NCBI GenBank assembly: GCA_938031175.1
Contig: CALHGZ010000007.1
Location: 2,999-66,998, forward strand
Source: Candidatus Kapaibacterium sp.
GTDB lineage: Bacteria > Bacteroidota > Ignavibacteria > Kapaibacteriales > UBA2268
Direction of reading: 5' to 3'
Length of the DNA: 64,000 nt
The translations under genes and the position numbers were made by a program. The notes beneath the pieces are model-generated. The model saw only the letters and a list, made by a program, of their open reading frames with translations. It did no database searches and was not told the origin of the DNA. This document shows positions 19,571-30,097 of the stretch, one piece after another (positions within the stretch are counted from its first letter, which is position 1; every line of letters begins with the position of its first letter).

Positions 19571-20881
19571 TCAAGTTCCAGCATTATAATCTTGGATATA
19601 AGCAATTTGCTCGGGTGTTAGTTTATCAAGTTTTTTACCCATTAATTCTAATTTCATAGAAGCAATAAATTCATCTTGTTCAGGCGGAAGATCAAGTACC
19701 TCGCAAGGTAATTTTTCTCCTTTTTTATGAGTTTCCACAAGTCTTAAATGCGCCATAAATTGATTTGCAAAAGACATATCCATAACTTCAGATGGATGCC
19801 CCTCAGCTGCTGCAAGATTAACTAATCTTCCTTGGGCCAGTAAATAAATTCTTTTACCATCTCTGAGGATATATTCCTCGCAATTTTCCCTAATCAATCT
19901 TTTTGAGACCGAAATTTCTTCGAGTTCAGGTATATTTATTTCTACATCATAATGTCCAGTATTACAAACAATAGCACCATCTTTCATAGATTGGAAATGC
20001 CATCGACGTATGACATCTTTCACCCCTGTAGCAGTTACAAAGATATCGCCAATTTTAGCTGCTTCATCCATAGTCATTACTTCGTGTCCTTCGAGTAATG
20101 CTTTTAAAGCAGCTGTAGCTTTAATTTCCGTGCATATTGTATTCGCTCCCATTCCTTTTGCTCTTTTGGCAACACCAGAACCACAATGTCCGTGCCCAAC
20201 TACAACAAAATTTTTCCCAGCAAGAAGAACAGATGTTGCTCGCAAAATACCATCAATTGTTGACTGTCCCGTTCCATAAACATTATCAAAATCCCATTTT
20301 GTCTCCATATCGTTTACAGCATAAACAGGATAGTAAAGTTTATTAGTTGCTGCACGAGCTTTAAGTCTTTGTATTCCCGTTGTAGTTTCTTCTGTTCCGC
20401 CAATTATCTGCTTCGCCATATCAGGGAATTTTTCATGTATTGTGTTGATTAAATCACAGCCATCGTCTAATGTCAATTGTGGTGGTTTATCGATTGTTCT
20501 TTCAATACACCAATAAAAATCTTCTTTGTTATCATACCAAGCAAAAATAGAGAGTCCTTCATCAGCTAAAGCAGCAGCAACTGCATCATTTGTAGATAAT
20601 GGATTGCAACCAGACCATGAAATATCTGCACCTGCTTCGACAAATGTTTTAATTAATACAGCAGTTTCTTTTGTAACGTGGAGGCAACCAGCAATTTTAT
20701 AACCTGCGAATGGTTTTGTTTCTCTGTATTTTTCGCGAAGATACATTAAAACAGGCATGCGCGATTCAGCCCAATGTATTAATTTTCTACCTTCATCAGC
20801 TAATGACAGGTCTTTGACACAATACACTCCAGGTTTTTCATCAAACTTACCAACAGCTTTTTTAGGTGGATAATTATTCAT
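19571..20881 (-). CDS. ahcY: adenosylhomocysteinase
   Basis: GCNPLST, LDDGCD, EETTTG, FDNVYGTGQS, GRLVNL, GHPSEVMDMSF. Confidence 0.95.
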   Translation of the reverse strand: MNNYPPKKAVGKFDEKPGVYCVKDLSLADEGRKLIHWAESRMPVLMYLREKYRETKPFAGYKIAGCLHVTKETAVLIKTFVEAGADISWSGCNPLSTNDAVAAALADEGLSIFAWYDNKEDFYWCIERTIDKPPQLTLDDGCDLINTIHEKFPDMAKQIIGGTEETTTGIQRLKARAATNKLYYPVYAVNDMETKWDFDNVYGTGQSTIDGILRATSVLLAGKNFVVVGHGHCGSGVAKRAKGMGANTICTEIKATAALKALLEGHEVMTMDEAAKIGDIFVTATGVKDVIRRWHFQSMKDGAIVCNTGHYDVEINIPELEEISVSKRLIRENCEEYILRDGKRIYLLAQGRLVNLAAAEGHPSEVMDMSFANQFMAHLRLVETHKKGEKLPCEVLDLPPEQDEFIASMKLELMGKKLDKLTPEQIAYIQDYNAGT

Positions 20882-20892
20882 ATTTTATTTCC

Positions 20893-22032
20893 TTATTTTA
20901 ATTTTTTAAATAAATCGACTAAATCGAGATTTTCCCAGGGGAATTCTTGTCTGCCGAAGTGGCCGTAAACAGAGGTTTGACGGTAGATTGGACGCCTCAA
21001 ATTAAATCTTTCGATTATTCCGCGCGGTGTAAGATCTATTTCTTTCAAAATAAAATCGGATATTACCCTGTTTGGAATTTCAGAAGTTCCGTGAGTATCT
21101 ACTCGAATTGAGACAGGTTGGGCAATTCCAATAGCATAGGAGATTTGAATTGTAACTTCTTTAGCTAATCCGGCTGCAACTATATTTTTAGCTAAATGTC
21201 TTGCTGCATAAGCACCGGAGCGGTCAACTTTAGTGGGATCTTTGCCTGAGAATGCACCTCCACCATGGGGTGCCCGCCCACCGTAAGTATCTACAATAAT
21301 TTTACGACCTGTTAAACCTGTATCACCGTGAGGACCTCCTATAACAAAATTTCCTGTCGGATTGATATAAAATTTCGTTCGCTCATCTAAATACTCAGAT
21401 GGTATGACTTTTTTTATTAGTTTTTCTATAATATCTTCTTTGATTTTATCCTGTGAAATTCCTTCGTCATGTTGAGTTGAAATCACAATTGTATCGGCAC
21501 GAAGGATTTCTCCACTATCGCTATATTCTAAAGTTACCTGTGATTTAGAGTCTGGCCTTAAATAAGTCAAAGAATTGAATTTTCTTAAACGGGCTAATTC
21601 TTTAACAAGTTTATGAGCAAACATAATTGGTGCGGGCATTAATTCCTCTGTTTCAGTGCATGCATATCCGAACATCATTCCTTGATCGCCAGCACCACCA
21701 TCTTTGACGCCACGCCAAATATCCGGTGATTGGTGATTTATAACATTTATGACAGCTACTGAATTAGCTTCAAATCTATAATCACCACTTGTATAACCAA
21801 TGTCGCGAATTACATTTCGAACCAATGTTTGTAAATCAACATATGTTTCAGTAGTAATTTCTCCTCCGACAAGAATCATCCCTGTTGTTGCATAGCATTC
21901 GCAAGCAACTCGGCTATCCGGGTCGTCTTTAAGCATTGCATCTAAAACAGCATCAGAAACCTGATCACAAACTTTATCCGGATGTCCTTCAGAAACAGAT
22001 TCTGAGGTAAATAAATATGTATTTTCTGTCAT
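20893..22032 (-). CDS. metK: S-adenosylmethionine synthase
   Basis: [35 protein letters not shown]. Confidence 0.97.
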   Translation of the reverse strand: MTENTYLFTSESVSEGHPDKVCDQVSDAVLDAMLKDDPDSRVACECYATTGMILVGGEITTETYVDLQTLVRNVIRDIGYTSGDYRFEANSVAVINVINHQSPDIWRGVKDGGAGDQGMMFGYACTETEELMPAPIMFAHKLVKELARLRKFNSLTYLRPDSKSQVTLEYSDSGEILRADTIVISTQHDEGISQDKIKEDIIEKLIKKVIPSEYLDERTKFYINPTGNFVIGGPHGDTGLTGRKIIVDTYGGRAPHGGGAFSGKDPTKVDRSGAYAARHLAKNIVAAGLAKEVTIQISYAIGIAQPVSIRVDTHGTSEIPNRVISDFILKEIDLTPRGIIERFNLRRPIYRQTSVYGHFGRQEFPWENLDLVDLFKKLK

Positions 22033-22048
22033 AATTACCCTCTTAAAT

Positions 22049-23029
22049 TTAATAGTTTATTTCGCTTGAATTACCAACATTCAATGTATAGAATCTGCCT
22101 TTGACAACTGCATTATTGCCAATAATTGATTTATCGAGAAGGGATGATGCTACAATTGCACCATCGCTGATAATTGAATCTCTTACTACACTATCTGTAA
22201 CTGTAGCACCATCGGCAACGGTTGCATACGGTCCTATAACTGAACGAGCTATAACGGCTGATTTTGCAATGAATGAAGGATGTAAAACTATACTATCACT
22301 CTGAACATCATTGCTGTAAATAGCATTTTTTTCAAGTAAAAACCTGTTTGTGGATAATAATGTTTCAGGTTTACCACAATCATACCAACCTTCGACTGGA
22401 AATGTGGTAAATTTCGAACCTTTTTCGAGCATCAATTGTAAAGCATCAGTAAGTTGATATTCACCTGCAGTCTTAATATCTTTAGATAGTAATTCCTCCA
22501 GCGATTCTTTGAATTTTCCCGTTTCATTTATATAGTAAATTCCGACAATTGCTTTTTTAGATATCGGTTCGGTTGGTTTCTCAACTAATTTTGTAATTCT
22601 ATTTTCTTTGTTTGTTACAACAATTCCAAATCTTCGTGGGTCATCAACTTCTTTGATTCCGATAGAATTAATACCGGATTTATAAGCAAGTGATAAGTCA
22701 GCATCGAAAACAGTATCCCCTAAGATAATCATCAATGGGTCATTGTCAAAAGTTTCTTTTGCAACCCAAATAGCGTGACCTAATCCTTTGCGTTCTTCTT
22801 GCAAAACAAAATCAACCTGCATATTGTATCGGGATTTGACATATTCCTCAACCATTTTACCCATATATCCAGTTACAATTGTAGCTTTATTTATACCTTG
22901 CTCCTGAATTGCATCCAATATATGAGCTAATATAGGTTTACCTGCTACATTTAGCAAAACTTTCGGTAAGGTGTATGTGTGCGGTCTTAATCTTGTACCT
23001 GCTCCACCTACTGGTATTACTGCTCTCAT
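22049..23029 (-). CDS. sugar-phosphate nucleotidyltransferase (long form, C-terminal left-handed beta-helix)
   Basis: [24 protein letters not shown]; hexapeptide-like tail. Confidence 0.85.
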   Translation of the reverse strand: MRAVIPVGGAGTRLRPHTYTLPKVLLNVAGKPILAHILDAIQEQGINKATIVTGYMGKMVEEYVKSRYNMQVDFVLQEERKGLGHAIWVAKETFDNDPLMIILGDTVFDADLSLAYKSGINSIGIKEVDDPRRFGIVVTNKENRITKLVEKPTEPISKKAIVGIYYINETGKFKESLEELLSKDIKTAGEYQLTDALQLMLEKGSKFTTFPVEGWYDCGKPETLLSTNRFLLEKNAIYSNDVQSDSIVLHPSFIAKSAVIARSVIGPYATVADGATVTDSVVRDSIISDGAIVASSLLDKSIIGNNAVVKGRFYTLNVGNSSEINY

Positions 23030-23141
23030 TTTAATTAGCGAAATTTACAAATTTCAAAATTAAGAAAAAAAGTTAAATTTTTAAGTCAAGAATTAAATAA
23101 CCGTTTGATAAAAAGAATATTTAATATTCGTGTTATAATTA

Positions 23142-25292
23142 TTATTTAAAGGAAATGATCTTTCTTATTTTAAAATTTCCGCCAGAAGTTAATTTAGCAA
23201 AATATATCCCTTGTGAATTTATTATATCATTGATATTGTAAATATACTGATGTTCTGATGCACCGAGATATCCAAAATCCATTCTTTTTATTTTCTCTCC
23301 ATTGATATGAAATATTTCTATATTGGTTATAGCCGGTTCAGGAAGAGAAAATTTAAATGTAATGTAATGAGATGTAGGTATTGGAAATACCTCAAAATCA
23401 AAATCAAAATTTTCTTTTTCAGCAAAGTTTGAAAAAATAAATTTTTGGAATGAACCTCGTCCTGTATAGTAAACCATTCCACTATTTGTTTTTAATAGTT
23501 TTACAGGTTTGACAAGATATATTTGTTCGCCGATGATTGGATTTTCATCAATGAACTCATTTATTCTCATAGGTGAAAGTATCAATTTTTTAAAATGTTT
23601 ACCCATACCATCTGCTTTGTAAATAATATATTTAACACTTGTATCCCTGTGTAGTTCCCAGCTTATTTTAATTTGATTTCCCAATGAATTAATTTCGATT
23701 GAATTTAGCTGTGGAATTTCATTTACATACATTCTCAAAGTAGGATCTCCCATTAATGCGATATGTACACCACGTTTATGCCTACCTTCTTGCGATGGAT
23801 GTGAATCCAAGCCCTGAAAATAGTACCGATAAGGCTTATACAAATTATAATTGTTCATTGTCAAACGTGTAGAATATCCGATAGGTAAGCCTAAGGACAT
23901 ATGATGAAAGAACCAGTGCGGACGACCTGCCCAGCAAGAAGTGAGTATTGATGGTGAGGAGGCAATTGCTGCACGCAATAAATTATCTCGGCTATCCCAA
24001 TCGCCGAAAAAAGAACCGAGTAGCATAGTAAAGACTGCTCTAATGTCATTATTAGACATATAATCAGTATTACCAATATGGTCAGCAAAATTATAATAAC
24101 CACTGCCACAACCGTAAGCCCAAAGATAATATTCCAAAGATAGTGTTTGAGGCCAGTTTTTGGCATATACATTTTCTTTACCAAGTAATGAAGCCATATT
24201 TCGCCAACCACTTGAAGCGAATCCATCACTATAATAATGTGCAGGGAAATTGTCGCTTACCAGTCCCCTATATTCAATTGGTATATTACCGCGACGATAA
24301 TTTAAATTCTTTTCTAAATATCTTTTAAGCAGATCTTTTTCAGTCATTTGAAAAGCAGGAAGGTTATAAAAATCAATTCTACCAATCTGCAAATCAACTG
24401 TTTCATTATCAAAATAACTTAAATCGAATTTCCCATCATTAGGTACATTATGGTTTTCAGGCCTGGAGGCATTGTTATTATTAATTTTAAAATCAGTCCA
24501 CAAGTATTCCTGGAAAGAACCATAATATAAGTCGCAGGGCCAAGCCCCAAAATGGTCTGAGTGACTATCCGGAGCTAATTCTCCTGAGTAAGGTACTGCT
24601 ATTCGACCAAATAAAACCAGTGTTGTAATATCTTTTGAATTAATTTCTTTTTCGGCAACAATCATATATTTAGTATCTGCCACTTTCTGTTTATCAAAAC
24701 TTTCAGCCCGTGGTGCATATTTACGAATAATACCCCATCCATCTCTTGTTAACTCAAATTCGTATTCATTTAATAATTCGTTGAAATCGGGGGTATTTAG
24801 CGTTTCATCCACAAGAAGGAGTACAACGCCATAATTGTCATATGGTCCAATCTCTATCCCAGCAAGAGCATAGCCGAATGAATTGAAAAAAACACTAGCA
24901 GTAGAGTCATATTGTTCGCCATTACTATCTTTTACCCGGAAAATGAGTGATCCAAAATTTAATCCTTCAATTTGATATTCATAGACTTTTCCAATTTGAA
25001 TATCTGTGTCTATATAAGAGTTATGGTTGGAATCGAGAGTTGCTATTGGTAGTCCCCAATTTTTGGAATCAATATCCTTGCGATAGATATTATATATTTT
25101 AGCCAGATCATTTTTTTCCCAAAAAAGAGCAATAGCAGGTGGATCGTTTAGAATTTCGATATTGATTAAAATTGAATGATCTCTGGAATCTATATATCTA
25201 ATTGGTTCTTGTTGTGCAAAAGCAAAACAAGAAGTGATAATGATTAAGGTAGTATATTTAAATAAATTAACTACTTTCATAATTTTAAACAT
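23142..25292 (-). CDS. secreted C25-like protein with T9SS CTD; paralog of 16155..18335
   Basis: shares GRIAVPYSG, GAWPxDxYYG, GRIDFYN, GFASSGWRN, WAGRPHWFFHHM and GVHIALMGDPTLRMY; C-term FPIPT...QGIYFAK. Confidence 0.7.
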   Translation of the reverse strand: MFKIMKVVNLFKYTTLIIITSCFAFAQQEPIRYIDSRDHSILINIEILNDPPAIALFWEKNDLAKIYNIYRKDIDSKNWGLPIATLDSNHNSYIDTDIQIGKVYEYQIEGLNFGSLIFRVKDSNGEQYDSTASVFFNSFGYALAGIEIGPYDNYGVVLLLVDETLNTPDFNELLNEYEFELTRDGWGIIRKYAPRAESFDKQKVADTKYMIVAEKEINSKDITTLVLFGRIAVPYSGELAPDSHSDHFGAWPCDLYYGSFQEYLWTDFKINNNNASRPENHNVPNDGKFDLSYFDNETVDLQIGRIDFYNLPAFQMTEKDLLKRYLEKNLNYRRGNIPIEYRGLVSDNFPAHYYSDGFASSGWRNMASLLGKENVYAKNWPQTLSLEYYLWAYGCGSGYYNFADHIGNTDYMSNNDIRAVFTMLLGSFFGDWDSRDNLLRAAIASSPSILTSCWAGRPHWFFHHMSLGLPIGYSTRLTMNNYNLYKPYRYYFQGLDSHPSQEGRHKRGVHIALMGDPTLRMYVNEIPQLNSIEINSLGNQIKISWELHRDTSVKYIIYKADGMGKHFKKLILSPMRINEFIDENPIIGEQIYLVKPVKLLKTNSGMVYYTGRGSFQKFIFSNFAEKENFDFDFEVFPIPTSHYITFKFSLPEPAITNIEIFHINGEKIKRMDFGYLGASEHQYIYNINDIINSQGIYFAKLTSGGNFKIRKIISFK

Positions 25293-25388
25293 CTATGTCA
25301 AGGTTTACGAATAGACAATTATTTTTAAATTTCGTCTGAATATATTTTATATTTTAAATTTTCTATAAATAAATATTTCAGGAAGTAT

Positions 25389-26168
25389 ATGTTAAACTTT
25401 TTTGCTGTAATAGGTCGAGTGGTAATAAACTTTTTTATTGAACTCGGTCAAATTGTAATGTTATTAATAAATGTATTGCGATATTTTCCCCGTGTAATTA
25501 AAGATAGGCGATTAATCATCGAGCAAATGACAATAATCGGAGCAGATTCTTTACCCCTTGTAGTATTGATTGGCTCATTTACTGGTGCAATAGCTGCTTT
25601 GCAAGCAGCTTTGCTTTTCACAAAATTCAATATGATTGAAATTACACGTCCATTCCTAGGAGCTTCCATAGCAACAGCAGTATTCACAGAACTTACACCC
25701 GTTCTTACAGCCCTTGTTATTGCTGGTAGAGTAGGTGGTGCAATGGCAGCTCAAATTGGTACTATGAATGTTACAGAGCAAATCGACGCACTTGAGATGA
25801 TGGCAATTGACAAAAATAGATTTCTTGGTATGCCAAGAATTTTTGCTGCTCTTGCTATGATGCCGATTTTAGCTGTATTTTCAAATCTGGTTGCTATGAT
25901 TGGAGCTTACATCCTTACTGCTGTCAAATATGATTTTTCGTTTTATCAATTTTTTGATTCCGTGCAACGCTTTTTTTCGATGAGAGAAATTTGGATAAGT
26001 TTGAGTAAATCATTTATTTTTGGCGGTGTTACAGCACTTGTAGGTTGCCACGTAGGATTTCGTACATCAGGTGGAGCTGAAGGTGTCGGTAACAGTACAG
26101 TCCGAGCATTTACTATTTCCGCTGCTTCTATACTTGTTATTGATGCCTTATTCGGGTATGTGGTATAA
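25389..26168 (+). CDS. mlaE: MlaE-family ABC transporter permease
   Basis: ELTPVLTALVIAGRVGGAMAAQIGTMNVTEQIDALEMM, GGAEGVG. Confidence 0.88.
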   Translation: MLNFFAVIGRVVINFFIELGQIVMLLINVLRYFPRVIKDRRLIIEQMTIIGADSLPLVVLIGSFTGAIAALQAALLFTKFNMIEITRPFLGASIATAVFTELTPVLTALVIAGRVGGAMAAQIGTMNVTEQIDALEMMAIDKNRFLGMPRIFAALAMMPILAVFSNLVAMIGAYILTAVKYDFSFYQFFDSVQRFFSMREIWISLSKSFIFGGVTALVGCHVGFRTSGGAEGVGNSTVRAFTISAASILVIDALFGYVV

Positions 26169-26320
26169 ATTATAAATTTTTTTTATTAATGACTATAAAA
26201 ATAAATTGTACAAATTGAGGATTTTCTTTTTTTTCAATAAAAAGTTTTATTGATTAAGGAATTAATAAGTTTTTGATTAATATCGTGAATCTTTAAATTT
26301 TTTGGATTCATACCGATAGT

Positions 26321-26911
26321 TTATTCTGCCACAAATTTCCTTTTATAATCCGGGCAATCAATTCGTAATTCATCAACTTTTAAATACGTTTTTAATAATT
26401 CACAATAATGGGTATTTATTTCTGATTTAAAGTTATAAAAATCGCATGAGAAACACATTCTTTGTATTGTTATTATATCTTTCCGGTTTAAATAATAAAT
26501 GATTTTCAAAAGAGAAATGTATAAATTGCTTTTTTCCTCGATTAAAATATTTTCCAAAATTTGCATTAGTTCATTGTGAAAACTTTGGGCATGACTAGTT
26601 ATTTTTTCACCATAAGGTGTGAGTATAATCTTTTGAATTCTATTGTCCTTATCGTCGTTAATTTTTTGTATTATATTTTTAGATTGAAGTAATTTAATTG
26701 TATCACTAACTGTTGCTTTTGATAGATCAAAAATATTTGCTAATTTAGATACAGTAATTGTTTCATCGCTATGATAGTTGATATATTTTACAATTTGTAT
26801 TTGTATCGGACTGAGAGCTAATTCTTTGCTTTTTTCCCAAAGCATTACACGAAATGCTTGCGCAATTCTCTCAAAAGCTGCAATTATTTTATAATCGATA
26901 GATTCACCCAT
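26321..26911 (-). CDS. MarR-family winged-helix regulator with C-terminal 4-Cys cluster
   Basis: LSPIQIQI, TVSKLA...SKATVSDTIKLL, DNR wing; C-term CFSC...HYC...IDCP. Confidence 0.85.
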   Translation of the reverse strand: MGESIDYKIIAAFERIAQAFRVMLWEKSKELALSPIQIQIVKYINYHSDETITVSKLANIFDLSKATVSDTIKLLQSKNIIQKINDDKDNRIQKIILTPYGEKITSHAQSFHNELMQILENILIEEKSNLYISLLKIIYYLNRKDIITIQRMCFSCDFYNFKSEINTHYCELLKTYLKVDELRIDCPDYKRKFVAE

Positions 26912-26945
26912 TTTTTGCCTTAAAATTAAATTTGTAGTAAAAATA

Positions 26946-26978
26946 ATAAAAAAGCCCCGAATTTTATCAGGGCTTTTT
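26946..26978. terminator. intrinsic terminator between protoglobin and marR
   Basis: AAAAAGCCC(C)GA...TC(A)GGGCTTTTT hairpin with A/T tails on both sides. Confidence 0.65.
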
Positions 26979-26998
26979 GATAAATTGAGCTATCACTA

Positions 26999-27574
26999 TT
27001 AAAATTCGTCGGGTTTGACATAAGGATGAGTCCAAAAAATTACACTTAATGTAACTGCCTTGAACCAAGCGAAAAGCATTTTTTCAACCAGTTCGGGATT
27101 GCTTTCTCCTTTTTGCAAAAATTCTTTTATTGTCAAGGTAATAGGTACAATAAAAGCTATCATATATCTATAATGCACAAATGGTTCAGTATCGACTCCA
27201 TCGGTTTTATTTTTCTTTTCTTTGTAATGTCGTAATCCAATTTCGTATTGATAATCAAGCCATTCTTTATCGAATTTTCGAGTACATAAATCAAGAATCC
27301 ATTGACCAAATCTACCTCTAACTGCTGATAGATAATCAGTATTAGCAACACCATTTTTCGAAAAATATCTGACCAGATGTGGTTGACTTCCAACAAAATT
27401 ATACCACAAATCTAATATATCATCTATTTGATTTTTGAGAATTTCGCCAGCTTGATTTAGATATTTTTCATCTTCTTCGCTAAAAAGTAAGCTGGATTTG
27501 AGCAATTGTAAATCTGATTCAGTAAATGGAGATTCTGATACTTTACCGTAATCATATCCTGCAATATTTAGCAT
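26999..27574 (-). CDS. protoglobin (single-domain haem globin)
   Basis: IAGYDYG, ILDLWYNFVGSQPHL, YLSAVRGRFGQWILD, WLDYQYEIGLRH, AWFKAV: hallmark blocks of Methanosarcina/Aeropyrum-type protoglobins; SD AAAGGAGG at 27580-27587. Confidence 0.9.
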   Translation of the reverse strand: MLNIAGYDYGKVSESPFTESDLQLLKSSLLFSEEDEKYLNQAGEILKNQIDDILDLWYNFVGSQPHLVRYFSKNGVANTDYLSAVRGRFGQWILDLCTRKFDKEWLDYQYEIGLRHYKEKKNKTDGVDTEPFVHYRYMIAFIVPITLTIKEFLQKGESNPELVEKMLFAWFKAVTLSVIFWTHPYVKPDEF

Positions 27575-27611
27575 AATAACCTCCTTTAAAATTGATAATA
27601 AAAATACATTA

Positions 27612-27643
27612 CAAATATAGTAAGGATACCTAACAATTCCAAA
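27612..27643 (-). promoter_or_regulatory. Bacteroidota-type -33/-7 promoter of protoglobin with overlapping palindromic operator
   Basis: minus strand TTTG-N20-TATATTTG; the spacer carries the imperfect palindrome ATAGTAAGG-ata-CCTAACAAT (27617-27637). Confidence 0.6.
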
Positions 27644-27703
27644 TAAAATTCATTAATCCTAAATTTATTATTTTTGTTAATTATTATTTTAAATAAATTT
27701 AAA

Positions 27704-28996
27704 ATGAAAAAAGTCAAATCAAATAAATTTACCATATTAACTTTAGGGTGTTTTAAAAATGCTGTTGATTCAGAAACCATCATTACAAATATGATTGCAA
27801 ACAATTTTGAATATTCCCCAGATATTAAAAAATCAGATATGCTGATAATTAATACTTGCGGATTTATCAATCCTGCTAAAGAAGAGAGTTTGAAAGTAAT
27901 TTCAGAAGCAATAGACCTGAAACACAAGGGTAAATTAAAAAAAATTATGGTTGTCGGCTGTTTATCCGAACGCTACCGTAATGACTTGGTTCAGCAATTG
28001 CCTGAAGTTGATCATATTTTTGGTATAAATCCATCAGCTGATATATTAAAAGCTCTTGATAAAGATTTGAAATATAATTTGATTGGTGAAAGAAGACTTC
28101 TTACTCCTAGTCACTATGCATATATAAAAATTTCCGATGGTTGTAATAACCCATGCTCGTTTTGTGCAATACCTTTAATCAGAGGTAATCATATTTCTCG
28201 CCCAAAAGAGGAAATAATCGAAGAAATTAGTTTATTAGCTCAAAATGGTGTTAAGGAATTTATTCTTATTGCTCAAGATTCTACATATTATGGACTTGAT
28301 TTATATGGGAAACGTGAAATTTCTTCATTATTAGAAGCAATTGCTAAAATTGAAGGAGTTAAATGGATAAGATTAATGTATGCTTATCCAACTAAATTCC
28401 CTGTTGAATTGCTTGATATAATTAAAAATAGCCCTAAAATCTGTAAATATCTTGATATACCACTTCAACATATCTCGGATTCAGTCCTAAAATCTATGCG
28501 ACGAGGCTCATCTGGAAGATATATAAAAAAGTTAATCGAAACTATCAGGTCAAAAATACCGGAGATAACAATCAGAAGTACATTTATCGTAGGATATCCA
28601 AATGAAACCGAAAAAGATTTCAAAGAATTATTTGATTTTATAAATGATTATCAATTGGATAGAGTCGGTGTTTTCACTTATTCAAGTGAAGATAATACAA
28701 TAGCTTATGAACTGGGCGACCCAATTGCAGAAGAAGTAAAAAAAGAGAGAAGAGATATAATTATGCAGGCACAAATGAGAATTTCATTAAAGAAAAACAA
28801 AAGTAAAATTGGCAAGAAATTAACCGTTATTATTGATGAATTTGAAAAAAATTCCTACATTGCCCGTAGCGAGTCAGATGCACCAGAAATTGATAACTCT
28901 GTTATAATAAATACTAATAAAAAATTAAAAGTCGGGGATTTTGTCGATGTATTAATAAGTGATGCTTCTGAATATGATTTGTTTGCAAAATTATGA
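27704..28996 (+). CDS. rimO: ribosomal protein S12 methylthiotransferase RimO
   Basis: LGCFKN, NTCGFI, CNNPCSFC radical SAM motif, DAPEID TRAM region; ATG 27704 preferred over TTG 27674, which overlaps a TATTTTTG promoter. Confidence 0.92.
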   Translation: MKKVKSNKFTILTLGCFKNAVDSETIITNMIANNFEYSPDIKKSDMLIINTCGFINPAKEESLKVISEAIDLKHKGKLKKIMVVGCLSERYRNDLVQQLPEVDHIFGINPSADILKALDKDLKYNLIGERRLLTPSHYAYIKISDGCNNPCSFCAIPLIRGNHISRPKEEIIEEISLLAQNGVKEFILIAQDSTYYGLDLYGKREISSLLEAIAKIEGVKWIRLMYAYPTKFPVELLDIIKNSPKICKYLDIPLQHISDSVLKSMRRGSSGRYIKKLIETIRSKIPEITIRSTFIVGYPNETEKDFKELFDFINDYQLDRVGVFTYSSEDNTIAYELGDPIAEEVKKERRDIIMQAQMRISLKKNKSKIGKKLTVIIDEFEKNSYIARSESDAPEIDNSVIINTNKKLKVGDFVDVLISDASEYDLFAKL

Positions 28997-30070
28997 TAAA
29001 GCTTTTTGTGATATTAAATTAGCAACGTGATAAACAAGTGAAGCCATTTTAGAGTAGTTCATTCTTTTCGGACCGATTAATCCAATGGAACCTTCGGCAT
29101 TACCAATACTGTAAGATGATAAGATAAGGCTGTAATCATCTAAAGCTTCGTGATTCATTTCCCCTCCAATGAAAACACGAACCTGACAATTTTTGTCTTC
29201 CCTTTGGTCAATGATATGGATTATAATATCCTCATTTTCTATTATTTCAATTACGCTTTTGATTCGTTCAACATCTTCAAATTCTGGATACTTAAGAAGA
29301 TTTTGAGTTCCGGTCATAATTAATCTGTTTTCGCTCAATCGAGGATTGAATATTCTATCAACTGATTCAATGAATAATCTAATTAATGGATGTTCTTTGA
29401 TGATTGAATTTTGAACTAATTTTGCAAAATTTTCTTTTAGAAATTTTAATTGACGTCCCCTAGCTTTTTCATTTATGTAACTGCTAATATCTGTAAGTTT
29501 AGAATGATTGATATCAAATTCGGCTTCAAGTGTAACTGTACGAACATCTTTTGAATCGAGAGCAACAACGACAAGTACCCTTGTAGAAGAAAGCTTTACT
29601 AATTCAATTTTTTCAACAATAGCTTCTTTCAGATCGGGCAATTCTACTAAACTAAGGTAATGGGATAATACACCCAATACTTTTGATGCATCCTTGAGTA
29701 AATCAGGAGACACAGAGCTTGAAATTTGCTCTTGTAAAACTTTTTTTTCACGTGTAGTTAATTCTTCTATTTTTAAAAGATGATTGACATAATACCTATA
29801 ACCTTTGTCGGTAGGTACTCTGCCAGCTGAAGTATGAGGATGGCTTATTAATTCCATCTCCTCCAAATCTGCCATTACATTTCTTATTGTAGCTGGGCTA
29901 AGCTTAAGATCGTTTTGCAGAAATTTTGCAACGAATCTTGAGCCAATTGGAGAAGCCTTAAGAATATATAGCTGGACTATAGTGTTTAAAATTGCTTTTT
30001 GTCGCTCATTTAATTCGGTATCGACAACTTTGCTCATTGTTTCACGATCAAATGTGACACAATTTATCAT
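28991..30070 (-). CDS. hrcA: heat-inducible transcription repressor HrcA
   Basis: SPATIRNVMADLEE, PHTSAGRVPTDKGYRYYV, IGPKRMNY; true start may be 30037. Confidence 0.95.
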   Translation of the reverse strand: MINCVTFDRETMSKVVDTELNERQKAILNTIVQLYILKASPIGSRFVAKFLQNDLKLSPATIRNVMADLEEMELISHPHTSAGRVPTDKGYRYYVNHLLKIEELTTREKKVLQEQISSSVSPDLLKDASKVLGVLSHYLSLVELPDLKEAIVEKIELVKLSSTRVLVVVALDSKDVRTVTLEAEFDINHSKLTDISSYINEKARGRQLKFLKENFAKLVQNSIIKEHPLIRLFIESVDRIFNPRLSENRLIMTGTQNLLKYPEFEDVERIKSVIEIIENEDIIIHIIDQREDKNCQVRVFIGGEMNHEALDDYSLILSSYSIGNAEGSIGLIGPKRMNYSKMASLVYHVANLISQKALS

Positions 30071-30097
30071 ACGTAATTATAAATATGATATTTTATT

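Noticed and set aside
22033..23141. SAM/SAH riboswitch controlling metK-ahcY
   Set aside because: The intergenic gaps are too short or AT-only; no SAM-I/II or SAH consensus is visible.
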